Shown: piece by piece, positions 52,788-64,000 of the stretch | Layout of the letters: every line of letters begins with the position of its first letter | How positions within the stretch are numbered: the stretch's first letter is position 1 | From: Octopus vulgaris | Lineage: Eukaryota | Assembly: GCA_951406725.2 (NCBI GenBank) | Contig: OX597823.1 | Coordinates: 28,210,001 to 28,274,000 of the forward strand | Reading direction: 5' to 3' | Length of the DNA stretch: 64,000 bases | Made by a program: the position numbers and the translations under genes | The notes under the pieces: model-generated | The model's input: the letters and a program-made list of their open reading frames with translations, nothing else | What the model was told of the DNA's origin: nothing | Databases searched by the model: none

Positions 52788-53826
52788 ATAAAATACACCT
52801 ATGTGTGTGTGTGTCTGCGTTCGCTTTTCACGCGAAAACGGCTGCGCGAATTGCTTCCATACTTGGAATGCGTGAAGAATTTGACCTCCGATACCCAATA
52901 GCGTCATCGTTTTCTTTATTGAACATACATAATTTTTCTTCAAAATTATGATCCACTTTCCTCACTGTCATCTTCCGTTGTTGAAATTCTCCGTTTTAAT
53001 TTGCGAGGTCTCTCTAATTTAATGTTTTAATTTCAAGTTTTAATTCGCTATTTGTAAGCAACTACGATAAATTACTGAAAGAAGTATTTATTAAGTTCAC
53101 GATTTTAAATATCCGGTACAAGATAGTTTTAACGAGCTTTATTTATACGATTTTAGCCTTTAATGTTTCTCTAAACCATTGTTTGCAATGTTCCCTCTCC
53201 ACACCTCACTCTATCTTCCTCTCTCTCTCTCTCTCTCTCTCATACACACACTCCAAGTTTTATTTCGTTATTAAACAAATATCACATTAAAATTTTGCAA
53301 TTCAACATGGGGCGTCCCAAAAGAATATGGGCATTCTTTCACTTCAACCCGCACACTTTGTTAATTTCCGTAATGTTTTTTTATTTATTTACTTTTTGAG
53401 CATCGTGTTACCTCTATGTGTTTGTAGCCAGTCACACATGCCCACGTGTGTCTTACTATGCACGTTTGTATACATTTATATATGTGTGTGTGTGTGTTTG
53501 TGTGTGTAAGAGAGAGTGAGTGAAGGAGTATGTTGTCATGCATACGTACACACATAAATACATATGCATACATCTTTTTGTATGTATGTGTGCGAGTGTG
53601 AGAGAGAGAGAGAGAGAAAGAGAGAGATGTCTAAGTGGCACTCAGTCTCTCTCTCTCATGCACACACGCACACATTGATACAAAAAAGATGTATGCTTAT
53701 TTATTTGTGACAACACATCCCTTCACTCGCTCTCTCTCTCTCTCTCTCTCTCACACATACGTCAATTTCATCTGATATTTGATACTGTATATATATATAT
53801 ATATATATAAATAAATATATCTGTGC

Positions 53827-53859
<33 letters not shown>

Positions 53860-53914
53860 TGTGTGTGTTTCTGTGTGTGCGTACGTGCGGCGTTCCACAA
53901 TCGCCAGAAAAAAT

Positions 53915-55195
53915 CTGGGAAATTTTCTTTCTTGATGCTCCTGGTGGCACAGGTAAAACATTTGTAACAACATTGCTTCTCTCGAAGGTAAGCCAACAAA
54001 AAAGAATTTCAGTTGTTGTAGCATCGTCTGGCTTTGCTGCCACCATTCTCCCAATAAGACGACCAACTCATTCTACTTTTAAAATACCACTAAACCTGGT
54101 CACAAATGACAGTCCAATTCGTAACATTAGCAAAGATTTAGGTTCAGCAGAAGTGTTGCGTAATGTCACCTTATCATTTTGAATAAATACACTATGTCAC
54201 ATAGAGGTGCAATGGAAGCTCTTGTTAAGACCTTACAAAGCACAAGAGGCAACAATAAATATATGGGAGGAGTTACATTAGTTTTATCAGGAGACTTTAG
54301 ACAGACATTACCAGCCATTCCGAGACGAACAAGACCTGATGAAATAAAAGTATGCATTAAGTTTTCACACCAACGGAATAAAGTGCAGAAATTCTTCTTT
54401 AATACTAATGTGCGAGCTTTATTATATGGGACCAATGTACGTAACAGTTTTCAACATGATTCCTCCAATTAGGAAATGGGAAAGTACCATTTGATGGGAA
54501 TGGAGATGTCAATTTGGCTCATATTGCTATCATGGTGAATTCCTCAGCTGAATTAAATAACAGGCTATTTCCAGACTTAAGTATTAATTATAATTCACAT
54601 AAATGGTTGTGTGAAAGGGCGATTCTTGCTCCAAAAATAAACGAGACAAAAGCAAGGATTAACCATGAATGAACAAATAAGATTCTAACAGTCATTAAAG
54701 AATACAAATCAGTTGATGCAGTCCTTGATGAAAATCAAACCGTCCATTACCAAACAGAGTTCCTTAATTCTCTTGAGCCACCTGGAACTCCTTCGTATAA
54801 ACATTTTCTGAAGGTCAGAGTCCTAATAGTGCTTCTAAGAAATTTAGATCTTCCTAAATTATGCAGTGGGACAAGGTTGATTGCGAAGACATTATCACCT
54901 AATGTGATAGAAGCTACCATCATTACTGGATGTGCCTCGGTGGAAGATGTTTTCATTCCAAGAATTCCAAATCAAAACAACAAACTTGCCATTTGAGTTC
55001 AAACGAACACAATTCCCAGTGTGACTTTGGTTTGCAACGTCTATTAATAAAGCTCAAGGTCAGTCTTTGAAATCTTTGCTTTTCTCATGGTCACCTTTAT
55101 GTTGGTTGCTCCGGGTTTGGGAGATTGCAAGACTTATTTGTCTATGCTCCAAACCAGAATGCGATGAATGTTGTTTACCCAGAAGCTCTTACGTA
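53915..55195 (+). pseudogene. Helitron PIF1-family (SF1) helicase, frameshifted
   Basis: FFLDAPGGTGKTF, VASSG, HSTFKIPL, LSGDFRQTLP, EFLNSL, LLRNLD, QFPV, SINKAQGQSL, FSHGHLYV. Confidence 0.93.
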
Positions 55196-55339
55196 ACTTC
55201 TTCCAACATATGTCATAGAATTTATTTCCTTTCATAATAGCGGTAAATTTTCTATTTTCGTTTATTATTATTATTATCATTATTATTATTATTATTGTTA
55301 TTATTGTTGTTGTTGTTGTTATTGTTGTTGTTATTATTA

Positions 55340-55401
<62 letters not shown>

Positions 55402-55404
<3 letters not shown>

Positions 55405-55738
55405 TAGTTTTATTTTTATAGCGTGCTTTCACTTCACTACCGAGCACAGCTCTGTGTGCCTTGGGTATGAGCTGTGATTTGTTGTGATGCTCTGATGGTT
55501 ATTGTATGGAAAGTGTTCTGCGTAGGATGTGTGCAGTGCCTAGTAGTGCAATTTTCTGTATGTTATATATGTTTGTAAGTCCTGGTGTTTTTGTTATGTA
55601 TTTGTCTGAATATTTTTTTATCATGCCTAATGCACCTACTATGATAGGAATTGTTTCTGTTTTCAGATTCCACATTCTAGTTACCTCTATTTCCAGGTCT
55701 TTGTATTTTGAGAGCTTTTCCATTTCTTTTAGAGACAC

Positions 55739-55739
<1 letters not shown>
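55402..55739 (-). mobile_element. RLE LINE 3' fragment in (TAA)n, nested in the Helitron
   Basis: EKLSKYKDLEIEVTRMW..IQKIALLGTAHILRRTLS; (TTA)n on both sides. Confidence 0.9.
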
Positions 55740-55819
<80 letters not shown>

Positions 55820-56964
55820 TATTATCTTGTATTATGAATTCAAAATTGATTTCCCAATTAAAGAATAAATGGAATTTACAATACCAAATTTCCATACAAT
55901 ATATTTTGCATTTTTTCTCCAATATATAAGGAACAATTTCATTCCCGGGTAACGCCGGGTGCCTCTGCTATTATATAATAAATACACAAATACCTTTTTA
56001 TTTCGAATTATACATCCCCGATTAATTTAATTTGAGTTCTGAAATATTCGTAATCTTGTAAAAATTACTCAGCTTTGGCATTTACTACTTCTTATCTTTC
56101 CATGGATATACTCTTAATTTTGTTGTGAGAAATATATTTCTATTCATATATATTTGCTTCAAGTTCCAGAACGTTCTCCTTCAGAGAAAATTCCATTCCA
56201 ATCCGATTTCGTATACATTTCTGGAGCACCTCTTAGATAAGTTTTCTCTTATCACACTTTCTTTGTCATTCCTTAGAAATTTTATTTCCTTTGACGTCAG
56301 TCGAAAGTGAATCTGTGGAGATAAGTTTGCACTAAGTGATCGCTTAAACAATTACCTCATCTCATATTCATTTGTCACTATAAATTTCTATGAATAGCTT
56401 CAAGTACCAGGTTATTTCTTTAGGTATCAGTCATCTTCTTAAACCTATTCGTGAATGAATATCTGTTTTTCAGTACTCAATTACCTAGAAATTATAAAAC
56501 GAACTACAACTGTTGCACACAGGTTGCTCTTATTCAGTATGTGTTTGTTGATATGATGACATTTAGAATATTTTTTAATGAAAAGTCCCACATTCTTTTG
56601 GGTTAAAAAGATTAACAAAAGAGTTATGCATTTGCCGCTAATAAATTACTCTCAATATTTTCAAAGATTTATTTAACGTATTTAATGGAATAAAAGATGC
56701 AAATAATAGCGATGCATTTCAACAGAAATATTGTAATAAATGGTTCAAAAGAATAATTGTTTGTAACATTTTTAGAGTAATTCCAATAAAATAATTATCA
56801 AGAGTTTTCTGGAGGCATTCAGTGAGCCATTTAAAAAAACAACAACTAGCATTGGTTCATATAAATTGAAATAACAGAAGATATGCATCGCAAAGTAGAT
56901 TATAATGATTTTCTTTATAATATGGAAAATAGTAAAATTGCGACTCAATCTCAGTATATTTAAA

Positions 56965-57360
56965 GATAGAAGAAGCGGGGAGGAGGAGGGGGAAACAGAG
57001 GAAGTAGTAGTAGGAGGAGGGGGAAGAAGTAGAGGGAGAAGATGAGGAAGAAGGAGAAGGAATAAAAGAAGAGGGGAGGAGAAGGAAGAAGAAAAAGAAG
57101 TAGAAGAGAAAGAAGTAGAAAAGAGGAAGAAGTGACGAAGTAGAAGAAGAAGAAGAAGAAGAGGGTAAGGGTGAGGAGGAGGAGGAGGAGGAAGAGGTAG
57201 AAGAAGAAGAAGTAGAAGAAGAGGGTGAGGGTGAGGGTGAGGAGGAGGAGGAAAAGAGAGTAGAAGCACTAGAGGAAGAAGAGGTAGAAGAAAAAGAAAA
57301 AGTAAAAGAAGGAGAGGAAGGGGAGGAAGAAGTAGAAGAAGAAGAAAGAAAAAGCAGCAA
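56965..57360. repeat. Purine-rich (GAA/GGA)n tract
   Basis: Directly visible. Confidence 0.9.
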
Positions 57361-59873
57361 AGCAGCTATACATATGGCGCACTGTGCAGGATTACTCATA
57401 GACAAGAAATAGAGCCGAATGAAGATGAAAAAACATCATCCATGTCTCAAGTTTTTTTCCTAAATCGTCCCATGATCAAGAAACACTATTTTAGATAAAC
57501 AATGAAGACCTGTAATAATATGAACAAAATCCCCCCAGGAAACGACAAAACCTTTTACTACAGCAAGATAGTTAAATGCTGCATTCAATTATTCAGCGAA
57601 CGTTTTTGTAGTCTGTTGACGTGTAGACATTTAGCTACGTAGCAAAGGCTGGTCAACTTGAGAAAGAAAGAAATAGTAAAAGGGAAAACGCCATTATTAT
57701 GTTGTCCTAATGATCAAGTTATTGGCAGAACCTCTAGAATTTCTAAAAAAAACTACTAGTAGACTGCTACTGAGCAGAATTCGATATCAGTATTCCAGAC
57801 GACATCTTTTAAAGCTAAGGTCATTACAGAAATGGACTTGAAGCAAACGTTGATATTTTAAGTACAAGACTACCGTCGTCCTGGATCATTAAATCTCTAG
57901 ATAAAAGAACCTTTCACCGTACTTTTAACTTTACTTTGTTGGAAATATGCACAGAGAGGGAGAATGTTGTTGCAAAAGACTTGATATGAAAATGTGGTTT
58001 TAAATGATCCGTATTTCAAGCGACGATTTGGAAAACTTTACATCATGAATCAGAATCCATTTTGTATATAGTTCCGACGCTGCGTTTCACCTTAGCATTT
58101 CAACTTAGCATTTCACCTTTTGAAGGATTGATGGAGCTGTTAGAACGTAGAATCGGATACCTTGTTGTATTTGATTAGCTCTTCTCATTCTGATTTCAAA
58201 TCTCCCAAAAGGTCTTAATACGTCATTTCCGACACTTAGTATTTTTGATGCCTTTAGTGAAGTCCAGCCTGTTACAAACACTCGAAGTAAGGTTGCAGTT
58301 GAAGGACATCTTTTTCTCTCCTTCCAACTAGTTTTGGAGGCCCCATAAATGATCATGGGCATTACCACAGTTATATGTAACCCATCCGTGTGAAAACACG
58401 ATTAGGCTATAGATGAAATGATAAGACCGTTGGACACAAACATTTGTTGTCATTAATCTTCATCTGCTACGAACTCGGAACCAATCGTCCACAGCCCACT
58501 AAGAACAGGCTTTCATATACTTAATATTTCTATGGCCTCATTTGTTCTTTTCTACTCTAGGCACAAGGCCCGAAACTTTTAGAGAGTGGGGCCAGTCGAT
58601 TAGATCAACCCCCCTTACGCAATTGGTAATTAATATATTGACCCCGAAAGAATGAAAGGCAAAGTCAACCTCGGTGGAATTTGAACTCAAATGGCCTCAT
58701 TTATTTATGGGAAGGAAGAAATTATTCTTGGGCTGCAGACGTGGCAAGACTGTTACGGATTAAGGATATTATCTCAGGGCAAGAATGACCGCCCCTATGC
58801 AAGCAAGGAAAAAACACCCACCCAGTGACAATATGAGTGTGTTAAACACGTTAACGGAATATATCTTTTATTGAAGGAAAGGAATGATTTTCTTTATGTC
58901 TGCAGAAAGCATCCATTGATACCTTAGCCTCTTGCTACTCTGATTCAAAGATCATTAAGTCTTCTCTCTAACAAGAACGTTCACTTTGATATAACTTCGA
59001 TTGGTCAAATGCCATACATAAGGTTTTAGCCGAACCGAGACTAAGGTAGCAAAGACTTGCCCTAACTATTAAGCAGAAGTGCTATAACGAAGAAATCACC
59101 ACACGAAGTATGTGAAACAACTGTCTTCACCCTACAGTCAAATCTTGTACCAGTATTTGAATATAGATCCTAAAACAAAGCCGAAACTATTTCCTTGATC
59201 GTATTTCTCCACTCCATCACGTCCTTACTACATTATATATTACTTTTCATGTAACAAGACTTTCCACCGAATTTACAAAAATAAAACACTGAAGAAAGAC
59301 AGAAATTTATTTTTCAATTTGGATAGATTCTGGCGACTCTACACATTCAGACTACAACAAAATTGGATTGGTGCATTATGAAAATGAATCAATACACGAA
59401 AATATAAAAAAAATGTTCTTTGATTATTCCAATTTATTATAAATGGTAAAAAGGAAAGAATTTTCATTCCAACGTCTTCATTTGTTTTACAGCCACACGT
59501 ATCTGTGGCATGCTGGGAAACAAATTAAATGTCACATCTGATTCATTTGAATATTGCAATCTGATCTACTTGGTAGCTTGTTTCTTCTATTTTTACTTGT
59601 GTACATGTCATTATTATAAGAAATGAAATTGTTCATACATACACATACATACATAGATACGTACATACATACATACATACACTTAATACGTATGTATGTG
59701 TGTGTATAAATATACACATATATCCACATATATACATACATAGTATATATATATTTTGTATATGTTCAAGTAATATGTATATATATATAACCGTACAAAG
59801 ATGTATATGTGTGTGTGTATAAATAAATAAATGAGTATACACATATTACATAAACGTTCATATATGTAACGCG

Positions 59874-59904
<31 letters not shown>

Positions 59905-60605
59905 ACAACGTATACATATTTATGAATATGTAGATGTTGTTGAATGTATATACACTTATATACGTTTTTATCTTATATTCGCGCAGATATGCTCACATAT
60001 GCATATACACACGCTGGCACATGTGAATACGAAAGAATTCAAGGTCACGTGCATAGCCTACGTGTATGTATATTTAAATGAGATAATGTCTATACGTATT
60101 AAAACATATCTAAATATTTCTTAGTAATAAGTTTTAATATTTCACATTGTCTATTGATTTTCCCCTTTACACAGTGTATATACTGCCTACAGTATAAAAC
60201 GTACGTACACTCACGTCGTTTATTTTCCATCTTCATTTCTCTACGGATACTTATATTTTATTGTATCACCAATAATAAAATAATGTAAATATAGGCATCT
60301 CCATGCGCATGTATATTGACACGGTATATATAGCACACACACACACACACCGGCACACATATACATACAAACACATACACACACAAACAAACATTTATAT
60401 GTATACACATATACATACATATACAGATGCATACGTGCATATATGCGTCTCTCCTTCTCTCGCTCTGTACATACACATACAGATACCCCCACACATGTAT
60501 ATTTATATATATATATATATAGGTGTGTGTGTGTGTGTGTGTATCTGTACCTGTGTCTGTGTGTTTATAATAGATGCACATGCACAAACCCGGGAACAAA
60601 CGCAG

Positions 60606-60694
<89 letters not shown>

Positions 60695-60724
60695 ACACAT
60701 GTAAACTATATAGATACGTACATA

Positions 60725-61245
60725 CCGTAAATCCTCAAGTATAGTCCGCCCTTGAGTATAATACGCAAGGGATTTTTAGAGGGCTGTACTTCTGAAACAC
60801 CTAAACCTTGTGTATAATACACGCCCCTTCTCTAACTTGAGTCATGCGTAATTAAGCCAGCAGGACCTAGTCGAACAAACACTTCCGCGCATGCATAATA
60901 CAATAAAGGTGATGTTCTTAACTGTTATATGGGAATGTAAATATGTTTCCAAATTGTTTTTGTTACATGTTATTCTTTGTTCTGAATACTTTTATTTTAA
61001 TAAATGTTGCTTACTGCAAGTTATGGATGATTTTTTATGACTTCATTGCTTTCAGGCTTAGCTTAAGGTATTTTCGCACCCGACATCACAAAATATGTCT
61101 GAATAAACATTGTCGGACAGCAAATAGAGACTCGGACATTGCTTAGAAAATATTTTTCATGTTTAACGTCGTATATAGTACGCACAAGGGATTTTGACCT
61201 TTAAATTATAGCAAAAACGTGGGGATTATACTCGAGGATTTACGG
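60725..61245. mobile_element. Tc1/pogo-type MITE
   Basis: 19-bp TIR ccgtaaatcctc(a/g)agtata (18/19 match), TA on both sides, subterminal repeats. Confidence 0.88.
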
Positions 61246-61261
61246 TAAATATATATATATA

Positions 61262-61424
61262 GGCGCAGGAGTGGCTGTGTGGTAAGTAGCTTGTTTACCA
61301 ACCACATGGTTCCGGGTTCAGTCGCACTGCGTGGCACCTTGGGCAAGTGTCTTCTACTTTAGCCTCGGGCCGACCAAAGCCTTGTGAGTGGATTTGGTAG
61401 ACGGAAACTGAAAGAAGCCCGTCG

Positions 61425-61486
<62 letters not shown>

Positions 61487-61701
61487 CATGTATGTTTGTG
61501 TGTCTGTGTTTGTCCCCCTAGCATTGCTTGACAACCGATGCTGGTGTGTTTATGTCCCCGTCACTTAGCGGTTCGGCAAAAGAGACCGATAGAATAAGTA
61601 CTAGGCTTACAAAGAATAAGTCCCGGAGTCGAGTTGCTCGACTAAAGGCGGTGCTCCAGCATGGCCGCAGTCAAATGACTGAAACAAGTAAAAGAGTAAA
61701 G
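61262..61701 (+). mobile_element. Full-length tRNA-derived CORE-type SINE (family A) with internal (TA)n
   Basis: A/B-box-like head (tggctgtgtgg, ggttcagtc), core gcaccttgggcaagtgtc, many copies in the window; resembles octopus OR-type SINEs (from memory, not searched). Confidence 0.88.
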
Positions 61702-61763
<62 letters not shown>

Positions 61764-61784
61764 TTATATCTTTATCACAGGCTT

Positions 61785-62215
61785 TGTTGATACTCCTGGA
61801 GTCTTGCCTGCGTAGAGGGCTTACTACCTGCACACTACGGTACCATGCTATTCGTTTTTTTCAGCTCTTTTATACTTTCATGATTATTTTGGCCGTGTTA
61901 AGGAGACAAACCTCTTGTAATAGTTCCTCTGGGCACTCTATTCCAAATTCCTTTATATTCCTCTTGATGTCTTCTGATACTGTTCCCAAGGACCCAATAA
62001 TAATTGGCATTATCTTCACCTTCATTTTCCAAACCAGATCTGTTTGGATTGGGAAATCCCAGAGGATTTTGCTAGTCTCTGACTCTGCCACACTCTGAGG
62101 TCTGTCCTCATACCACGTCTTGCCTCTCTCTAGCCCCCCCCCCCACCACTTTTCGCATAGTTTCCAATGTAGCACTTTCGCTACCTGGTCGTGTCCCCAC
62201 AACTTGTAGTGGTTT
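61785..62215 (-). mobile_element. RLE LINE 3' fragment with internal deletion
   Basis: HDQVAKVLHW, ILWDFPIQTD, MPIIIGSLG, LQEVCLLNTA. Confidence 0.85.
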
Positions 62216-63184
62216 GGGGCAAGTTCAGGGCTTTGGTTCGTGATATGGGCAATGGTTTCATCTACTCAATTACAGATGCGGCACAGCGGAGACACTTATC
62301 CATTTCTAAGAATGCCCCACGCCTGAGGTTGGTCCCGCGCTGCCAGTATAGTCCTTGTGGTCTCATTTTTTAGGTTTCCTTTCATCAGCTAATCCCACCT
62401 ATTTTTTCAGCGACTTCTGTTGTGGCTACATGGAATTGATCCCTTCTTGCGTAATTCTTCTTTATATCTTTTATATTTATAATTATAATAATGATAATTA
62501 TTATTGTTGTTGTTGCTCTTCTTCTTCTTCTTCTTCTTCTTCTTCTTCTTCTTCTTCTTCTTCTTCTTCTTTCTTTTGCTTTTGCATAGCGATAGCAAAA
62601 GCCTGTAGTTGAAACCCAGTATGCCTATTTGTAAATCTGTGCGATTTGTTTGTGCGTATTTTGCGTTCTTGTGTATGTATTCGTATCGTATGCTAGGCCA
62701 TCTATCTAGTCTTTTGACTTATAGCGTCTAGTTTAAAATGCACAGAGATTCTTTTTTTTATTTCTATAACCACGAGTGTGCAACGTGTATCATGAAGAGA
62801 TTGTGAATGAAACGAAGAAGGAGAGAAAAGAAAAAAAGAGAAAAAGACTTAAAGAAAAGTAAAATTACCGTATGAATTGATTTCTTTGAAGATGTAATGT
62901 ATTTGATACCTCACTGATACTGACGTGTTTTGAATCGAACTATTTTTCTATCAGGTGATAAAAAAACGGATATATAAAGGTGCTATATGAACTATCAGAA
63001 GCTTTTGAAGATTTCCAAGTGAGAATAATTTGGTAGACTGAGGAGAAGACTGCTAGTTTTGGAAGTGAAGTTAATGTGCACTTTAATACTTTGAACATTA
63101 CCATAATTTGTGTGGCGAAGGGGAGCCAAGCACATAAATAAATTGATTGGTGTATAGTTTAGACATATACACCTATATGCTTTT

Positions 63185-63492
63185 TTCTCCTTTTTCGAGA
63201 TGAGCGACGGTTTGTCACTGGAAAAAGCATATATAGTATTTTGCGTTTGGAATGTGTTTTCATCACTAGCTGGTGATTGTCACACTCTGATGACGGGTTA
63301 CTACTCAGAAACACGGGTCTGTGTGTATCACGATTTCCCTTCGCAAATACTGATCGGACACAGTGTGTCGTTAGCCAGCTGGAGGAGATCTCCTGGGGCT
63401 ATAAACAACAGTTGCATCGTCCCATATAAGTCAGGCACATTTAGGTGGCAAATATACTTCATGATGTGCTGCTACAGAGATTTATTATTGCT
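63185..63492 (+). mobile_element. Second, circularly permuted copy of the 29458-29846 hammerhead monomer
   Basis: Starts ttctcctttttcgagat and ends cagagatttattattgct, which in the other copy lies just upstream of that start. Confidence 0.8.
63281..63325 (+). ncRNA. Type I hammerhead ribozyme motif, canonical core
   Basis: cacact-CTGATGA-cgggt-tact-actca-GAAA-cacggG-TC-tgtgtg. Confidence 0.75.
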
Positions 63493-63539
63493 ATAAATAT
63501 AAGGGAACACAGACACACACACACACGCGCGCACACCCC

Positions 63540-63585
<46 letters not shown>

Positions 63586-64000
63586 GTGTCTGTGTTTGTC
63601 CCCCTACCGTCGCTTGGCAACCGATGGTGGTGTGTTTACGCGCCCTAACTTAGCGGTTCGGTAAAAGATACGATAGAATAAGTACTAGACTTACAAAGAA
63701 TAAGTCCTGGGGTCGATTTGTTCGACTAAAAGTAGTGTTCTTGCATGGCTGCAGTCAAATGATTGAAACAAGCGAAAGAGTAAAAGAATATGTATACATA
63801 CCGACTTGTTACTTACTGCAAATATGCTTGAAACATATTCGAACACGCAAGAAAGACAATCACTGTATTTTGTTATCGTGGAGGATATTTCTCGATGCAG
63901 ACAAATACGTGTAAATACACCGAGTCAACTCTTAGAAGTTATTTACGCTCTGTGCTTTTACCTGCTTTTTATATTATGTGTATGGAACAGAAGGCGGCGA

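Larger units (their letters stand above)
52800..55971 (+). mobile_element. Deleted Helitron with decayed PIF1-like helicase
   Basis: 5' cacgcgaaaacggctg motif (boundary approximate); 3' hairpin cccgggtaacgccggg at 55944-55959 then CTAT; helicase remnant inside. Confidence 0.75.

Noticed and set aside
57400-59250. Possible decayed LINE or host exons (also 43500-45400 and 6860-7390)
   Set aside because: Only weak motif hints such as VMPMIIYG; cannot be supported without a search

Overview
AT-rich, microsatellite-saturated eukaryotic DNA. The SINE and microsatellite repertoire is most consistent with an octopod cephalopod (inference). I found no host gene, and almost every ORF in the track is a microsatellite or satellite artefact. 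Real content: (1) a near-intact Neptune-type Penelope-like element (RT + GIY-YIG, 24898-27159, minus strand) between about 1.6-kb inverted pseudo-LTRs inserted in (TA)n; (2) at least five further short hammerhead-ribozyme-bearing elements; (3) many Dong/R4-type RLE LINE fragments in (TAA)n; (4) an ORF1-only L1/Tx1-like insert in a SINE; (5) Helitrons, a decayed Gypsy pol, mariner remnants and MITEs; (6) four SINE families; (7) a fold-back A4T4 satellite. Most notable: a start-less 225-codon ORF missed by the ORF track that joins the Penelope RT frame through a U-UUU-UUA -1 slippery site, and a set of hammerhead elements with covarying catalytic cores (C3G8, U3A8, G3C8), inverted or one-tailed architecture, and circularly permuted monomers suggestive of circular-RNA (retrozyme-like) intermediates. 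All calls were made by eye; no searches or folding were run.
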